This document shows, in pieces, positions 39,049 to 52,400 of a stretch of 64,000 nt of DNA (position 1 is the first letter of the stretch; each line of letters opens with the position of its first letter). Source of the stretch: Mobula hypostoma (taxonomy: Eukaryota); assembly GCF_963921235.1 (NCBI RefSeq), contig NC_086108.1, positions 49,230,001 to 49,294,000 of the forward strand, given 5' to 3'. The notes below the pieces were generated by a model. The model was given only the letters and a program-made list of their open reading frames with translations. It searched no databases and was not told the origin of the DNA. Made by a program: the position numbers and the translations under genes.

Positions 39049-39087
39049 TCAAATTTCTACAGATGTACCATGGAGGGTGTTCTAACT

Positions 39088-39862
39088 CAGCGGTCCCCAA
39101 CCACCGGTCCGCAAAGCATATGCTACCTGTCCACGAGGAAACGAAATGAGTCAGCTGCACCTTTCCTCATTCCCTGTCACACACTGTTGAAATTGAACAT
39201 AGGGTTGCCAACTGTCCCGTATTTGCCAGGACATCCCATATATCGGGCTAAATTGGTTTGTCCCATATGGGACCGCCCTTGTCCCGTATTTCCCCCACTA
39301 AGGTAGAGCGTTCCTATGAAACCTTTCGTGCCAAAATGGCATAAAGCGAAGAAGAAATTACCATTAATTTATATGGGAAAAATTTTTGAGCATTCCCAGA
39401 CCCAAAAAATAACCTAACAAATCATACCAAATAACACATAAAACCGAAAATAACACTAACATATAGTAAAAGAAGGAATGATATGATAAATACACAGCCT
39501 ATATAAAGTAGAAATAAAATATGCACAGTATAGTCGGGAAGATGAAGGTAAAACCGATTTGCGGAAAAAAATCGGCACGTACGCGCATACGCACGTCACA
39601 CATGCGCACACAGGTGCCCGTGCAAGGGTTCATGGTCATGGTAGTCTTTTTGGGGTAAAGTGTCCCGGGATTTGACTGCTACCTTTGTCCCTTATTTGGG
39701 AGTGAGAACGTTGGCAACCCTAACTGTAAAAAACATGTTGAGATGAGTTTAACCCTACTTGAACAACCTCCCCCCCCCCCCACCCCCCCCGGGTTGACCA
39801 GTCCGCAAGAATATTGTCAATATTAAACCAGTCCGCAGTGCAAAAAAGGTTGGGGACCCCTG
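39088..39862. mobile_element. hAT (Charlie-like) non-autonomous element
   Basis: 15 bp TIR CAG(C/G)GGTCCCCAACC; perfect 8 bp TSD ttctaact. Confidence 0.92.
39200..39722. mobile_element. Inner hAT (Blackjack-like) element
   Basis: Perfect 13 bp TIR TAGGGTTGCCAAC; subterminal TGTCCC repeats; TSD only 5/8. Confidence 0.85.
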
Positions 39863-42817
39863 TTCTAACTGGCTGCATCACCATCTCGTATGGGAGGCGG
39901 GGTTGCTACTGCACAGGATTGAAATAGGCTGCAGAGAGTTGTAAACTTAGCCAGCTCCGTCATGGGCACTCGCCTCTGTGCTGTCCAGGATATCTTTAAG
40001 GACTGATGCTTCAAAAAGGTGGCATCCATCTTTAAGGACCCCCATCACCTAGGACATGCCCTGTTCTCATTGTTACCATCAGGAGGGTGGTGCAGAAGCC
40101 TGAAGGCATACACTCAAGGAATCAGAAATAGCTTCTCCCCTCTGCCATTATTTACTGTGATTCAGTTTTTTCTTCTCTATTATTTACTGATTGTACTGAT
40201 GTGGCAAAGACAACGTATTGCAGAACTTATGCTGGTGATATTAAATCTGATTCTGAGTTTTGAGAGCATGATGGTATTGAATACTGAGCTGCAGTCGATA
40301 AAGAGCATTCTGATGTATGCACCTTTGCTGCCCCGATGTTCGAGGGTTGGGTGAAGAGCCATTGAAATTCTATCTGCTGTAGACCTGGAGATCCGGTAGG
40401 CAAATTAGAGCTGACCTAAGTCACTTCTCAGGCAGGAGTTGATTTGTTTCATCAGCAAACTCTTAAACCATTTCTTCAGAGTGGATGTAAGTGCTACTGG
40501 GCAACAGTCATTGAGTCAGGTCACCACGTTCTTCTTGGGTACCGGTTTAATTGATGCCTGCTTGAAGCAGGTGGCTACCCCACACCACCGAAGCTAGAGG
40601 TTAAAGATCTCAATGAACACTCCAGCCAGTTGATCAGCACAGGTCTCTTGTACTTGGCCAGGTGGCCCATCTGGGCCGGATGCTTTTCGTGGGTTTACTC
40701 TCCTGAAGGTTGCTAGCATGTTGGCTTCAGACACTGAAATCACAGGAACACTGGGGATGTAGGAGTTTTTGATAGTTCCTTCATGTTTTGACAAAGTGAG
40801 CATAGAAAGCATTGAGCAGATCTGGCAGCAAAGCCCTGTTGTCACCTACGTTATTTCATTTAACTTTATAAGAGGTGATGATTGTATTCAAGCCCTGCTA
40901 CAATTGTCGAGCACGCTTTGTTGTTTCAAGTTTGGTCCGGAATTGCCACTTCGCCCCTGAGATGACTTTCTGGAGATCGTACCTGGATCTCTTGTAACTT
41001 CCATGGTTACCAGACTTGAATGCCTCTGATCTGGCTCTCAGCAGATTGTGGATCTCACTGTTCATCCAGGGCTTCTGACTGGGGAAGAATGAATGACTTT
41101 GTGGGAACACTCTCTTGTATATAGCTGTTTTAATGAAGTCCATTATAACCATGGTGTATTCATTCCGATCCATAGATGAGTCCTTGAACACAGCCCAATC
41201 CATTGACTTGAAGCAGTCCCATTGCCGCTTGTGTGCTTCCTGTGACTATCTTTGTTATCCTAGTCTTTGGAGCTGTGCTCTTTAGCCTCTGCCTGTGTGC
41301 AGGTAGGAGAAGGACCGCCAAGAGATCCGATTTACTGAAATGCGATCTGGGCATGGTATGGTAAGCATTCCTTATCTTACTGTAACAGTGGTGTGTTGTG
41401 TTGGGACCTCTGATGCTACAGGTTGCATGCTGTTGGTGGTTGGGCAGGATTTTCTTCAAACAAATCTGGTTGAAGACTATGATTTGAAATGTATTGAGTG
41501 TGCTGTTTCTTGTATGGACGTGCAATAACGCGAGCGCTTGATTACATTCGGCCACTGGTGGTATTTAAACTCCGCTGAGGATCACGGGTGAGAATTCTCT
41601 GGGCAAGTAGAATGGACGACATTTGACCATTAGGTGTTCTAGGCCGGGGGAGCAGAGTTTGATAAAACCGCCGCATCAGAGCACCACTGAGAGTTCAACG
41701 TGAAACACACACCTCTACCTTTTGCCTTTTCCGAATGTGCAGTGTAGATTGTAGCAATGCTGCTGATTGGGTTTTGTAGAATGGTTGGGATTTTATATTG
41801 AATTGATTATGTTTTGGCTGCTGTCCTGGTAAACTCCACAGGTTGCTCCATTCTATTTATAGTTTCGAGTCCTGGGTGGTTGCAGTTGGCATTGTTGACT
41901 TTTCTAATATTATGATTTTATAACTGCATTTACAAGTCCAGTAAGTAAATATTGTATGAAATGTATGAAATTATTTCAGTGTATGTTTGTTATTTTCCCC
42001 ATCATTGCACCTTGAGTGTTTTTGAATAGTTTCCAAAAGGTAAAGCTTAAATTTTGTTTGAAAGCCCATTTCCCATTGTTCCATTTTCATACTTGTGCAT
42101 TGCAGCATGGTTATAACAGTATATTTGTGTTTTGTCATAGTTATAAATTTAGAAAATGTGATAGACACAACATGTACAGGTTAGAAGACATTCTGATAAA
42201 AATCAACGGACTAACGTGAATATTTTAAACCTAGTTCATAATGGCTCCTGCTCTTTTCTGTCATATAATGTGCTTTCTTTTTTGCTTATCTATTTAGTGC
42301 AAGAATTTTTGAAAGTGTGGAATTACAATTCTTTATCACTTTATGGATCACTGCTACTGCACATTCTGTTTAGTCTGCTTGTTATCATAATTATTGTTGC
42401 ATGTATTGTCAAGACAGGCATAACTTTTTAAAATTAATTTATATTTTTGTGTTTTGAAGTTTTGAGATTTTAAAGTTCTTCAGAAGTATAACTTAACTAT
42501 TTTTATGTAGAGGTGCAGTTCCCATCAGGCAAATTATCCAACATTGCAAAACATTGCATCCTTTTCATCTGCATGAACCAGGCAGTGCTGTTAAAATTTA
42601 ATGCATCTGATGAAAATAAATACAATTATAGGTTGTAAGATATGTCCTTTTGGTGTATCCAAAGGGGAAGACTGCACTGTGACTCTAAAATTAGTGTACT
42701 TGAAGAAATGCCACTGGCATGGCATTGGCAAAGGCATAACCCCCTGGGCAGAGAATAGAGGAATGCATGTTTGAAGTGAGAGCAAAACACAAGATTGATC
42801 TAAAAGCAATACTGAAT

Positions 42818-42976
42818 AACACTCACAAAATGTTGGAGGAGCTCAGCAGGTCAGGCAACATCTATGGAGAGGAATAAAGAGCTGACGTTTTGGGCTGAGA
42901 CCCTTCACACTGGCCCAAAACATTGGCTTTTTATTCCTCTCCATAGATGCTGCCAGAGCTGCTGAGTTCCTACAAC

Positions 42977-43015
<39 letters not shown>

Positions 43016-43052
43016 CACTGGATTTCTAGCATCTGTGGAAACACTGGTGTTT
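42818..43052. mobile_element. PLE mini-palindrome with expanded (TG)n
   Basis: Inverted ctcagc..catctatggagaggaataaa arms; taaaagca at 42801-42808 and 43054-43061. Confidence 0.75.
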
Positions 43053-43501
43053 ATAAAAGCATCACAGTCCTGCTTGTGCTTAATCTGTGAATAATATTTA
43101 TTAATAGTCTAAGCTAGCGGCCAAGAATTAGAGGAGACAAATTCAAATTGATTATCAATATATGTATTTGTATATGAATTGATTCAGATTTGCTTAATGT
43201 TATATACACCAGGTGCAAAGGAGGAGGTCATTATTTTCAGCCTTATGGTTTTGTAGAATTTCTCAAATGGACTCGATATGTGTTGTCTGCAGATTCAATT
43301 ATGGCATTAAAAAGAAGTTTGAATAGATATTTGAAGTGCAGTATTTGTGGGAACATGAGGGGAAAGTAAGAATTGAGACCAACTGGATTGCTGTCCAAAG
43401 AGTACATATTTAACAGAACAAATAGCTTCTTGTGTTGTAGTGATTATGTTGCAATTATTTGTATTGCGCTACAGTAAAATAAGACCGTAAGATATTTAAA
43501 G

Positions 43502-44245
43502 ATTCAAGGATTCAAAATACTGTACCTTTATTATCAAAGTATGTATAATTTATACAATCTTGAGATTTGTCTGCCGACAGACAGCCACAAAGCAAGAAAC
43601 CCAAAAGAACCCAATTAAAAAAAGAAAGACCAATACCCAATGTGCAGAGAAAGAGAAAGAAAGAAAAATCATGCAAACAATAGAAGCAAGCAACAGCATT
43701 CCAAACCAAGCTGAGTCCATAGACCCTGAATCCCTAGAACAACCGTAGTAGCCCAAAGCCTCGATCTCAGTTCATTATATAGTGGGGCAAATCGCCCCGA
43801 AGCTTGCAGTCACGAAGTGCGTAACAGTGGGAGCAGTCTCGCGGCCTCAGTGCCATAGAGAGATGAGTGAACACCGTGGGAGAACGAGTGAACTCAGCCC
43901 GACCCTTTCTTCCGGTCCCATCACCCTGCTTTTGCAGACATGTGGGCTGGCATTCAGATTGTCCAAATTCCAGATCATGTCTTGCATGAGGATTCGGGTC
44001 TTGCTTAGACCTTCCCAACTGGTGATATGCCCTGGCCTAGACTTCACCACCTAGCCCAAAGCCATTCTCAACCTCTCCAAATCGGCTCGGGGCTCAGAGT
44101 GATCTAACTTCATATCTGGTTTAGGTGGGTGGGTCTCGACTCCTCTCCAAATCGCTCGATCCAACTCCATCTCCATCTCCAAAACCGTCTCGAACATGTT
44201 ACGCTGTGACTTTGCAACACGTCAGCACAGCTCATCCTTCGGGTC
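43502..44245 (-). mobile_element. Non-coding retroposon with (TTGAATCC)n tail
   Basis: Homologous to 155-452; GC-richer body. Confidence 0.5.
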
Positions 44246-44529
44246 AACTGTGAGTCCATTTTCGTATTTTGTTGGCAAGATGGACAGATCTTTGTGGGCT
44301 TGGTTGTAGTGAAGACTAGGCCTCAAGCTGCGGGCTTGCCTGTTGCAGCAATCCAGGAGAGGAGATGCTGGAAGTGGAGTAGCTCAGCATCCATGCTGGA
44401 GTAGGAGTTGGCACCAACTGATGGTGCTGCCATCCAGTGTTCGATCAGTGGAATGACAAGCTGAATTGCATACATATATTTGTCTGCAGTTGGCTGAGAA
44501 CTGCTTATTCTTGCTGATAACACCCATGC

Positions 44530-44737
44530 ACCATCAACTTACAGGACATGTCACTCAGGGACTTGCGAGATATATATATATATATAGTGTGACTGTATAT
44601 TTACTTGCCGCCTTGTATGTGCTGTATTTGCCTTATTCTGTATTGTACTGTGTCTTGCACCTCGGCTGTGGAGGAATGCTGTTTCGTTTCGCTGTAGTCA
44701 TGGGTATTCATGTATGGTTGAATGATAATTAGGACTT
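44530..44737 (+). mobile_element. LINE 3' end fragment
   Basis: tgtatggttgaatgataatta matches 17026-17052. Confidence 0.4.
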
Positions 44738-45329
44738 AGGAATTAGGCCATTCAGCATGAAGCGCAAAAGAATTGCAGAATGGCTTAATGAAACAGTAGA
44801 AACTGCTACACCGAAAGTTCATGACCAGACATGCAGCTAAGAGAAATATGTATGTACTATACAGAACCTGGTGTTACCTACGTGTATAGTCGAGTTGCTA
44901 AGTTGCTAGAGAATTTACAAGTGGGAAGAAGTGGATTGATACTTGGAAACTTGACTTTTTTGAAGTGTCATTTAGCAAGCAAATCACATATGGATGGCGT
45001 GCAAAATCTCTGGCGAGAAAATCCTTCATTACCCGCTACAGACCTGCTGTGTATGTTTTGTTTGACCATTTCAAATAACTTGAATAACATGAAAAGATTG
45101 ATATTATTACTTGCTGTTGTGTAGCATATGAGAAATAAGACTCATTACTATGTAGTATTTTATTTGTTTTAAACTATGAATGACAAACTAGACTTGGTAG
45201 TTTATTATCCTTAGAATAACTTCAGGTTTACTTACCCTAAAAATTCAGTGTGCACATGTTGTTGCAGGCAAAAAATACACAGCACATGATTTTTCTGCAC
45301 ACTAACCATTATAAATTAGGGGGAACGTT

Positions 45330-45482
45330 GCTATAGGAAACATCCTCTTTACGTGTAGTCTATCTAGGCCTTTCAATATTCAATAGGTTTCAATGAGATC
45401 TCACCTCCAGCAAGCACAGGTCTAGCACAATCAAACGATGCTCATATGTTAACCTTTTCATTCCGGGAATCATCTTCTCCAA
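45330..45482 (-). mobile_element. CR1 fragment
   Basis: Reverse complement of 22665-22815. Confidence 0.7.
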
Positions 45483-46955
45483 TACCTGCACATCTTTTTT
45501 TAGATAAGGCCATAAGACATAGGAGCAGAATTAGACAATTCAGCCTGTCGGATCTTCTCCGCCATTCCATCATGGCTGATCCTGGATTCCACTCAACCCC
45601 ATACACCTGCCTTCTCACCATATCTTTGGTGCCTTGACCGATCAGGAAATTATCAGCTTCCGCCTTAAATATACCCACGGATTTGGCCTCCACTGCAGCC
45701 TGTGTGGCTGGAAAAATTCCTCCTTACCTCTGTTCCAAAAAGGTCACCCCTCAATTTTGAGGCTGTGCTCTCAGGTTCTGGATATCTCTACCATAGGAAC
45801 CATCCTCCCCACATCCACCCTATCTAGTCTTTTCAACAATCAGTAGGTTTCAATGAGATCCCCACGCACTCTTCTAAATTACAGTGAGTACAGACCCAAA
45901 GCTGCCAAATGTTCCTCATATGTTAACTCCTTCATTCCTGGAATATTCCTCGTGAGCCTCCTCTGGACTCTCTCCAATGACAACACATCCTTTCTGAGAA
46001 ATGGGGCCCAAAACTATTGACAATACTCAAAGTGTGGCCTGACCAGTGTCTTATAAATCCTCAGCGTTATCTGCTTGTTTTTACATTCTATTCCCCTTGA
46101 AATAAATGCCAGCATTGCATTTGCTTTCTTTACCACAGATTCAAAGTGTAAATTAACCTTCTGGCAGTCTTGCACGAGGACGGCTAAGTCCCTTTGCACC
46201 TCTGATATTTGAATTTGCTCCCCACTTAGAGAATAGTCTGCACTGTTGTTCCTTTTAGCAAAATGCGTTATCATACATTTCCCAACACTGTATTCCATCT
46301 GTCCTTTTTTTTGCCCATTCTTCCCACTTGTCTAAGTCCTGCTGAAATTGCATTGCTTCCTCAGCACTACCTACCCCTTTACCTATCTTTGTATCATCCG
46401 CAAACTTTGCCACAAAGCCATCAATTCTATTATCCAAATAATTGACAAAGAATGTGAGAAGTAGTGGTCCCAATTCTGATCCCGAGGAACACCACTAGTC
46501 ACTGGCAGTCAAGCAGAAAAGGCCCTTTTATTCCCACTCGCTGCCTCATGCCTATCAGCCATTCCTCTATCCATGCCAGTAGCTTTCCTGTAATGCCATT
46601 GTTAAGCAGCATCATGTTTCACACTTTATCAAATGCCTTCTGAAAGTCCAGGTAAATGGCATCTCTCCTTTGTCCACCCTGCTTGTTACTTCCTCGAAGA
46701 ATTCTGACAGATTTGTCAGGCAAGATTTCTTTTTACAGAAACCATGCTGACTTTGACTTATTTTATCATTAGTCTTCGAGTACCCTGAAACCTCATCCTT
46801 AATAATAGACTCCCAACACTTTCCCAACCACTGTGGTTAGGCTAACTGGCCTATAATTATCCTTCTTTTGTCTTCCTTCCTCCTTAAAGAGTGGAGTGAC
46901 ATTTACAATTTTCCAGTCTTCCAGGACCATGCCAGAATCAAGTGATTCTTGACAG

Positions 46956-48016
46956 ATCAGAATCAGGTTTATTATCACCGACATGTGTCGTGAGATTTGT
47001 TAGCTTAGCAGCAGCAGTTCAATGCAATACATAATGTTGAAGAAGAAGAAAAATAATAATAAATCAATTTACAGTACACGTATATTGAATAGATTGAAAT
47101 CATGCAAAAAACAGAAATAATTATATATTTCAAAAAGTGAGGTAGTGTTCACAGGTTCAGTGTCCATTTAGGAAACGGATGGCAGAGAGGAAGAAGCCGT
47201 TCCTGAATTGCTGACTGTGTGCCTTCAGGCTTCTGTATCTCCTATCTGATGGTAAAAGTGAGAAAGGAGAATGCGCTGGGTGCTGGAGGTCCTTAATTAT
47301 AGACGCTGCCTTTCTGAGACACCGCTCCTTGAAGATGTCCTAGGTTCTTTGTAGGCTACTACCCAAGAGGGAGCTGACTAAATTTACAACCCTCTGCAGC
47401 TTCTTTTGGTTCTGTGCAGTAGCCCTCCCCCCCACCATACCAGACAGCAATGCAGCCTGTCAGAATGCTCTCCATGGTCCATCTATGGAAGTTTTTGAGT
47501 GTATCAAACTGCTAATGAAGTATAGCCACTGTCTTGCCTTCTTTATAACTGCATCAATATGTTGGGACCAGGTTAGGTCCTCAGAGATCTTGGCACTTGA
47601 AACTGCTCACTCTCTCCACTTCTGATCCCTCTATGGGGATTGGTATGTGTTCCTTTGTCTCATCCTTCCTGAAGTCCACAATCAGCTCTTTCACCTTACT
47701 GATATTGAGTGCAAGGTTGTTCCTGTGACACCACTCCATTAGTTGGCATATCTTGCTCCTGTACACCCTCTCATCTCCATCTGAGGTTCTACCAAAAATG
47801 GTCATAATATCAGCAAAATTTATAGATGGTGTTTGAGCTATGCCTAGCCACAAGTCATGGGTATAGAGAGAGTAGAGCAGTGGGCTAAGCACACACCCCT
47901 GAAATGCACCAGTGTTGATCATCTGCGAGGAGGAGATATTATCACCAATCCGCACAGATTGTGGTCTTCTGGTTAGGAAGTCAAGGATCCAATTGCAGAG
48001 GAGGTACAGAGGCCCA
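46956..48016 (-). mobile_element. Rex1 LINE 3' half with (CTGATT)n tail
   Basis: ORF 47581-47955 [24 protein letters not shown]. Confidence 0.9.
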
Positions 48017-48578
48017 TGACCAATGCATCCATCATTTCATCAGCAACCTGTCTTGGGACTCTGGAATGTAGTCCATCTGCTCTAGGTGACTTATCCATCC
48101 TAAGACATTTGAGTTTGCCTTACACTTTTTCCTTGGTAATAGCAATGGCATTCAGTCCTGCTCCCTGACACTCATGAACCTCTGGCACATTGCTAGTGTC
48201 TTCCTCAATGAAGACTGATACAAAGTACTTATTAAGTTCATCTGCCATTTCTTTGTCCTCCATTATTACCTCACCGGCATCATCTTGCAGTGGTCCAATC
48301 TCAACTCTCACCTCCCTTTTACTCGTTATATAATTGACAAAACTTTCGGTATCCTGCTTTATTTTATTGGCAAGTTTGCCCTCATATTTCATCTTTTCCC
48401 TTATTGCTTGTTTCAGTTGCCTTTTGTTGGATTTTAAAAGCTTCCCAATCATCCAACTTCCCACTCACTTTTGCTTCTATATATGCCATTTCCTTGGCTT
48501 CTATGCAGTCCTTAACTTCACTTGTCAACCATCGTTTCTATCCTTGCCATTAAAGAACAACTTCGTCTGTAGGACTTA

Positions 48579-48880
48579 TGAGGGGTGATTGATAAGTTTG
48601 TGGCCTAAGGTAGAAGGAGTCAATTATAGAAAACCTAGCACATTTATTTTTCAACATAGTCCCCTCCTACATTTACACACTTAATCCAGTGGTTGTGGGT
48701 CATACAGATCCCTTCTTTGTAGAAGTCGGCGTCTTGGACCTCCAGAAAGTTGTCCACAGCAAGGGTGATTGATAAGTTCGTGGCCAAAGGTAGAAGGACA
48801 TGAGTAATACAGCTCTCGTTCCATGCACCTGCAGTTCAACTCTTTGAGTGATTGTGCAGAAAGTTTGAAGTTAATAACTC
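48579..48880. mobile_element. Mariner-like non-autonomous element, one end only
   Basis: TA + (C>T)GAGGGGTGATTGATAAGTT terminus, repeated directly at 48763-48799; no opposite TIR seen. Confidence 0.6.
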
Positions 48881-48944
48881 TGAGCTATTCTCAGAAATTT
48901 CAGCAATCTCTGTTCTGCTGGCATCCCTGGTAGAGGGTGTAAGT

Positions 48945-49460
48945 AGCCCAAAACTGCTCACAGTACTCCAATTGCAGTCTGATGAATGTCTTATAAAGCC
49001 TCAGCATTACATTCTTGCTTTTATATTCTCATCCTCTTGAAATGAATGCCAATATTGCATTTGCTTTCCTTACCACTGACTGAACCTGCAAGTTAACCTT
49101 TATGAACTCCTGCACAAAGACTTAAAAGTCGCTTTGCACCTATTTTTAAAAAAATTTTCTCCCCGTTTAGAAGATAGTCTATGCCTTGATTCCTTCTACC
49201 AAAGTTCATGATCATACATTTCCCTGCACTATATTCCATCTGCAACTTCTTTGCCCATTCTCCCAATCTGTCTAAGTCCTTTTGCAGACTCCGTGTTTCC
49301 TCACCACTAACTCTATCCCTCCAGCTGTCTTTGTGTCATCTGCTAACTGGGCTGCGAAGCCATCAATTCTGTCACCCAAATAGTCGACGTATAGTTTGAA
49401 AAGAAGTGGTCCCAATGCCGACTTCTGCGGAACACCACTAGTCACTCGCAGCCAAACAGA
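48945..49460 (-). mobile_element. CR1 RT fragment
   Basis: WLRVTSGVPQKSALGPLLF..LADDTK. Confidence 0.88.
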
Positions 49461-49464
49461 ATAG

Positions 49465-52400
49465 GCCCCTTCAGGTTCTGTACCCCTTCCCCTGATGGCA
49501 GTAATGAGAAGAAGGCAGTCCAGGATTGTGAGGGTCCTTAATGATGGATGCCGCTTCTTGAGACACCTGTCTTGAAGATGACCTTGATGATGGGGAGGGT
49601 TGTGCCAGTGATGGCCTTGGTTGAATCTACAATCCTCCACAGCTTCTGTGATCCTGTACTTTTGAGCCTACATTCCAGGCAGCGGCAATACAGCAACTAG
49701 GTGCGCTCTACTATATATCGATATAAATTTGGAAGTCTTTGGTGACGTACGAAATCTCCTCCATCTCCTAATGAAGTAGAGCTGCAGGTATTCCTGCGTG
49801 ATTGCAATAATGTGTTGGGCTTGGTACAGATCCTCAGAGATGTTGGCACCCAGGAACATAAAACTGCTCACCTTTTCCATTGGTGATCCCTCAATGTGGA
49901 CTACTACCTGTTCTCCTAAATTCCCCTTCCTAAAGTCCACAAAGCTTTGGTTGTGCTGACACTGAGTGTGAGGTTGTTGTTGTGACGCCACTCAACCAGC
50001 CAATCTCTCCTAACCATTTATAGATCCTCGTTACCATCTCAGATTTTACCAAGCATAGTGATGTTGTCTGTAAGCTGTGCTTAGCCACACAGTGATGAAT
50101 GTAAAAAGAGTAGAGCAGTGGGCTAAGCACATGTCCTTCAAGTGTGCCTGTGTTGATTGTGAGTGAGGAGGAGACGTTATCACTGACTGTGGTCTCCTGA
50201 CGAGGATGTTGAGGAAAATGAGAAAAAATCTGCAGATGCTGGAAATCCAGGCAACACACACAAAATACTGAAGGAACTCAGCAGGCTAGGCAGCATCTGT
50301 GGTAAAGAGTACAGCCCAACCTTTTGGGCTGAGACCCGTCATCAGGACTGGGGGAAAAAAAATGAGGAATCAGAGATAGAAGGTGGGGGGCTTTCTAACA
50401 TACGGAGTTAGAATATTGAAGATTCAGTTGCAGAGGGAGGTACAAAGCTGAGGTTTAGAAGCTTGGTGATTAATATTGAGGGGATGATGGGACAGAATGC
50501 CTAGTTGTAATCAATAAGTAACAGCCTGACATGTTTAGCTGTTGTCTAGGTGCTGTAAAGCCTAGTGGAGAGCCACTGAGATTTTACCTGCTGTAGAAAT
50601 TTGTGGTGGTAGGTATATTGCAGTGGGTCATAAGACCATAAGATATAGGAGCAAAAGTAGGCCATTTGGCCCATCTAGTCTGCTCCGTCATTCAATCATG
50701 GGCTGATCCAATTCTTTCAGTCATCTCCATTCCCTTGCCTTCTCCCCATACCCTTTGATGCCCTGGCTAATCAAGAACTTATCTATCTCTGCCTTAAATA
50801 CACCCAATGACATGGCCTCCACAGCCACTTGTGGCAACAAATTCCACAGTAATTTCTCCGCATCGCAGTCCTAAAAGGACGTCCTTTAATCCTGAAGTCA
50901 TGCCCCCTTGTCCTAGAATCCCCTACCATGGGAAATAGCTTTGCCATATCTAATCTGTTCAGGCCTTTTAACATTTGGTATATTTCTATGAGATCCCCCC
51001 TCATTCTCCTGAACTCCAGGGAATACAGCCCAAGAGCTGCCAGACGTCCCTCATACAGTAACCCTTTCATTCCTGGAATCATTCTCATGAATCTTCTCTA
51101 AACCCTCTCCAATGTCAGTATATCCTTTCTAAAATAAGGAGCCCGAAACTGCACACAATACTCCAAGTATGGTCTCACGAGTGCCTTATAGGGCCTCAAC
51201 ATCACATCCCTACTCTTACATTCTGTACCTCTAGAAACAAATGCCAACATTGCATTCACCTTCTTCACAACTGACTCAACCTGGAGGTTAACCTTTAGGG
51301 TATCTTGCACAAGGACTCCCAAGTCCCTTTGCATCTGCATTTTGAATTTTCTCCCCATCTAAATAGTAGTCTGCCCGTTTATTTCTTCCACCAAAGTGCA
51401 TGACCATACACTTTCCAACATTGTATTTCATTTGCCACTTCTTTGCCCATTCCCCTAAACTATCGAAGTTTCTCTGCAGGCTTTCTGTTTCCTCAACACC
51501 ATCCGCTCCTCCACTTATCTTTGTATCATCGGCAAATTTAGTCACAAATCCATTAATAGGATCCCTTTATTCCCACTCTGTTTTCTGCTGACCAGCCAAG
51601 TACACCATGTCTGCTGCATCTCCTTTGTCTACCCTGCTTGTAATTTCCTCAAAGAATTGCAGTAGGTTTGTCAGGCAGGATTTTCCTTTCAGGAAACTGT
51701 GCTGGCTTTGGCCTATCTTGTCATGTGCCTCCAGGTACTCCATAATCTCATCCCTAACAATCGATTCAAACAACTTCCCAACCACTGATGTCAGGCTAAC
51801 AGATCTATAGCTTCCTTTCTGCTGCCTCCCAAATAGCGGAGTAACATTTGCAATTTTTCAGTCATCCAGTACGAAGCCAGAATCTATCAAATCTTGAAAG
51901 ATCATCGTTAATGCCTCCGCGATCTCTCTAGCTACTTCCTTCAGAACCCGAGGGTGCATTCCATCAGGTCCAGGAGATTTATCAACCCTCAGATCATTAA
52001 GCTTCCTGAGCACCTTCTCAGTCATAATTTTCATTGTACAAACTTCACTTCCCTGACACTCTTGAATGTTTGGTATACTGCTGATGTCTTCCACTGTGAA
52101 GATTGGTGCAAAATATGCATTCAGTTCCTCTGCCATCTCTACATCTCTCATTATAATATCTTTATAATTCCTTGCTAAAGCAGGAATTAATTCTAGCCAT
52201 AACCAACCTCGCGAATCTCTTCTTTATTGAAAATGTGAGTGCCACCAGTCAATTGTCATTGAGGCTGCTCTCCCTGGTCGTCTTGTGCATTGGTATGATT
52301 GCTGCCCTTTTGAATCAGGTGGGAACCTCAGACCATAGAAGTGAGAGGTTGAAGATGTCCTGAATAGTCCAGCCAGTTGCTCAACCTAAGTTTTCAATAC

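Larger units (their letters stand above)
37531..40256 (+). mobile_element. Rex1 LINE inserted in the opposite-strand Rex1
   Basis: ALDHLDN..VRMLFINYCSVFNTI; 37990-38211; resumes at 39050 and 39870; tail aaatctgattctga. Confidence 0.88.
36715..41745 (-). mobile_element. Rex1/Babar LINE hosting a nest (pieces 36715-37530 and 40257-41745)
   Basis: Sequence joins across the insert; ORFs 40594-40845 (VNPRKASGPDG), 40898-41203, 41160-41555 (endonuclease end, FSKSDL). Confidence 0.85.
45510..48930 (-). mobile_element. CR1 LINE interrupted by Rex1 and mariner
   Basis: ORFs 46255-46473 (KFADDTK), 46612-46827 (SQHGF), 46799-46984 (NYRPVSL), 48120-48464. Confidence 0.9.

Noticed and set aside
41863..41940. 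78-nt segment with AG acceptor and GTAAGT donor as a coding exon
   Set aside because: Stop codons in all three frames; a non-coding exon cannot be excluded but has no support.
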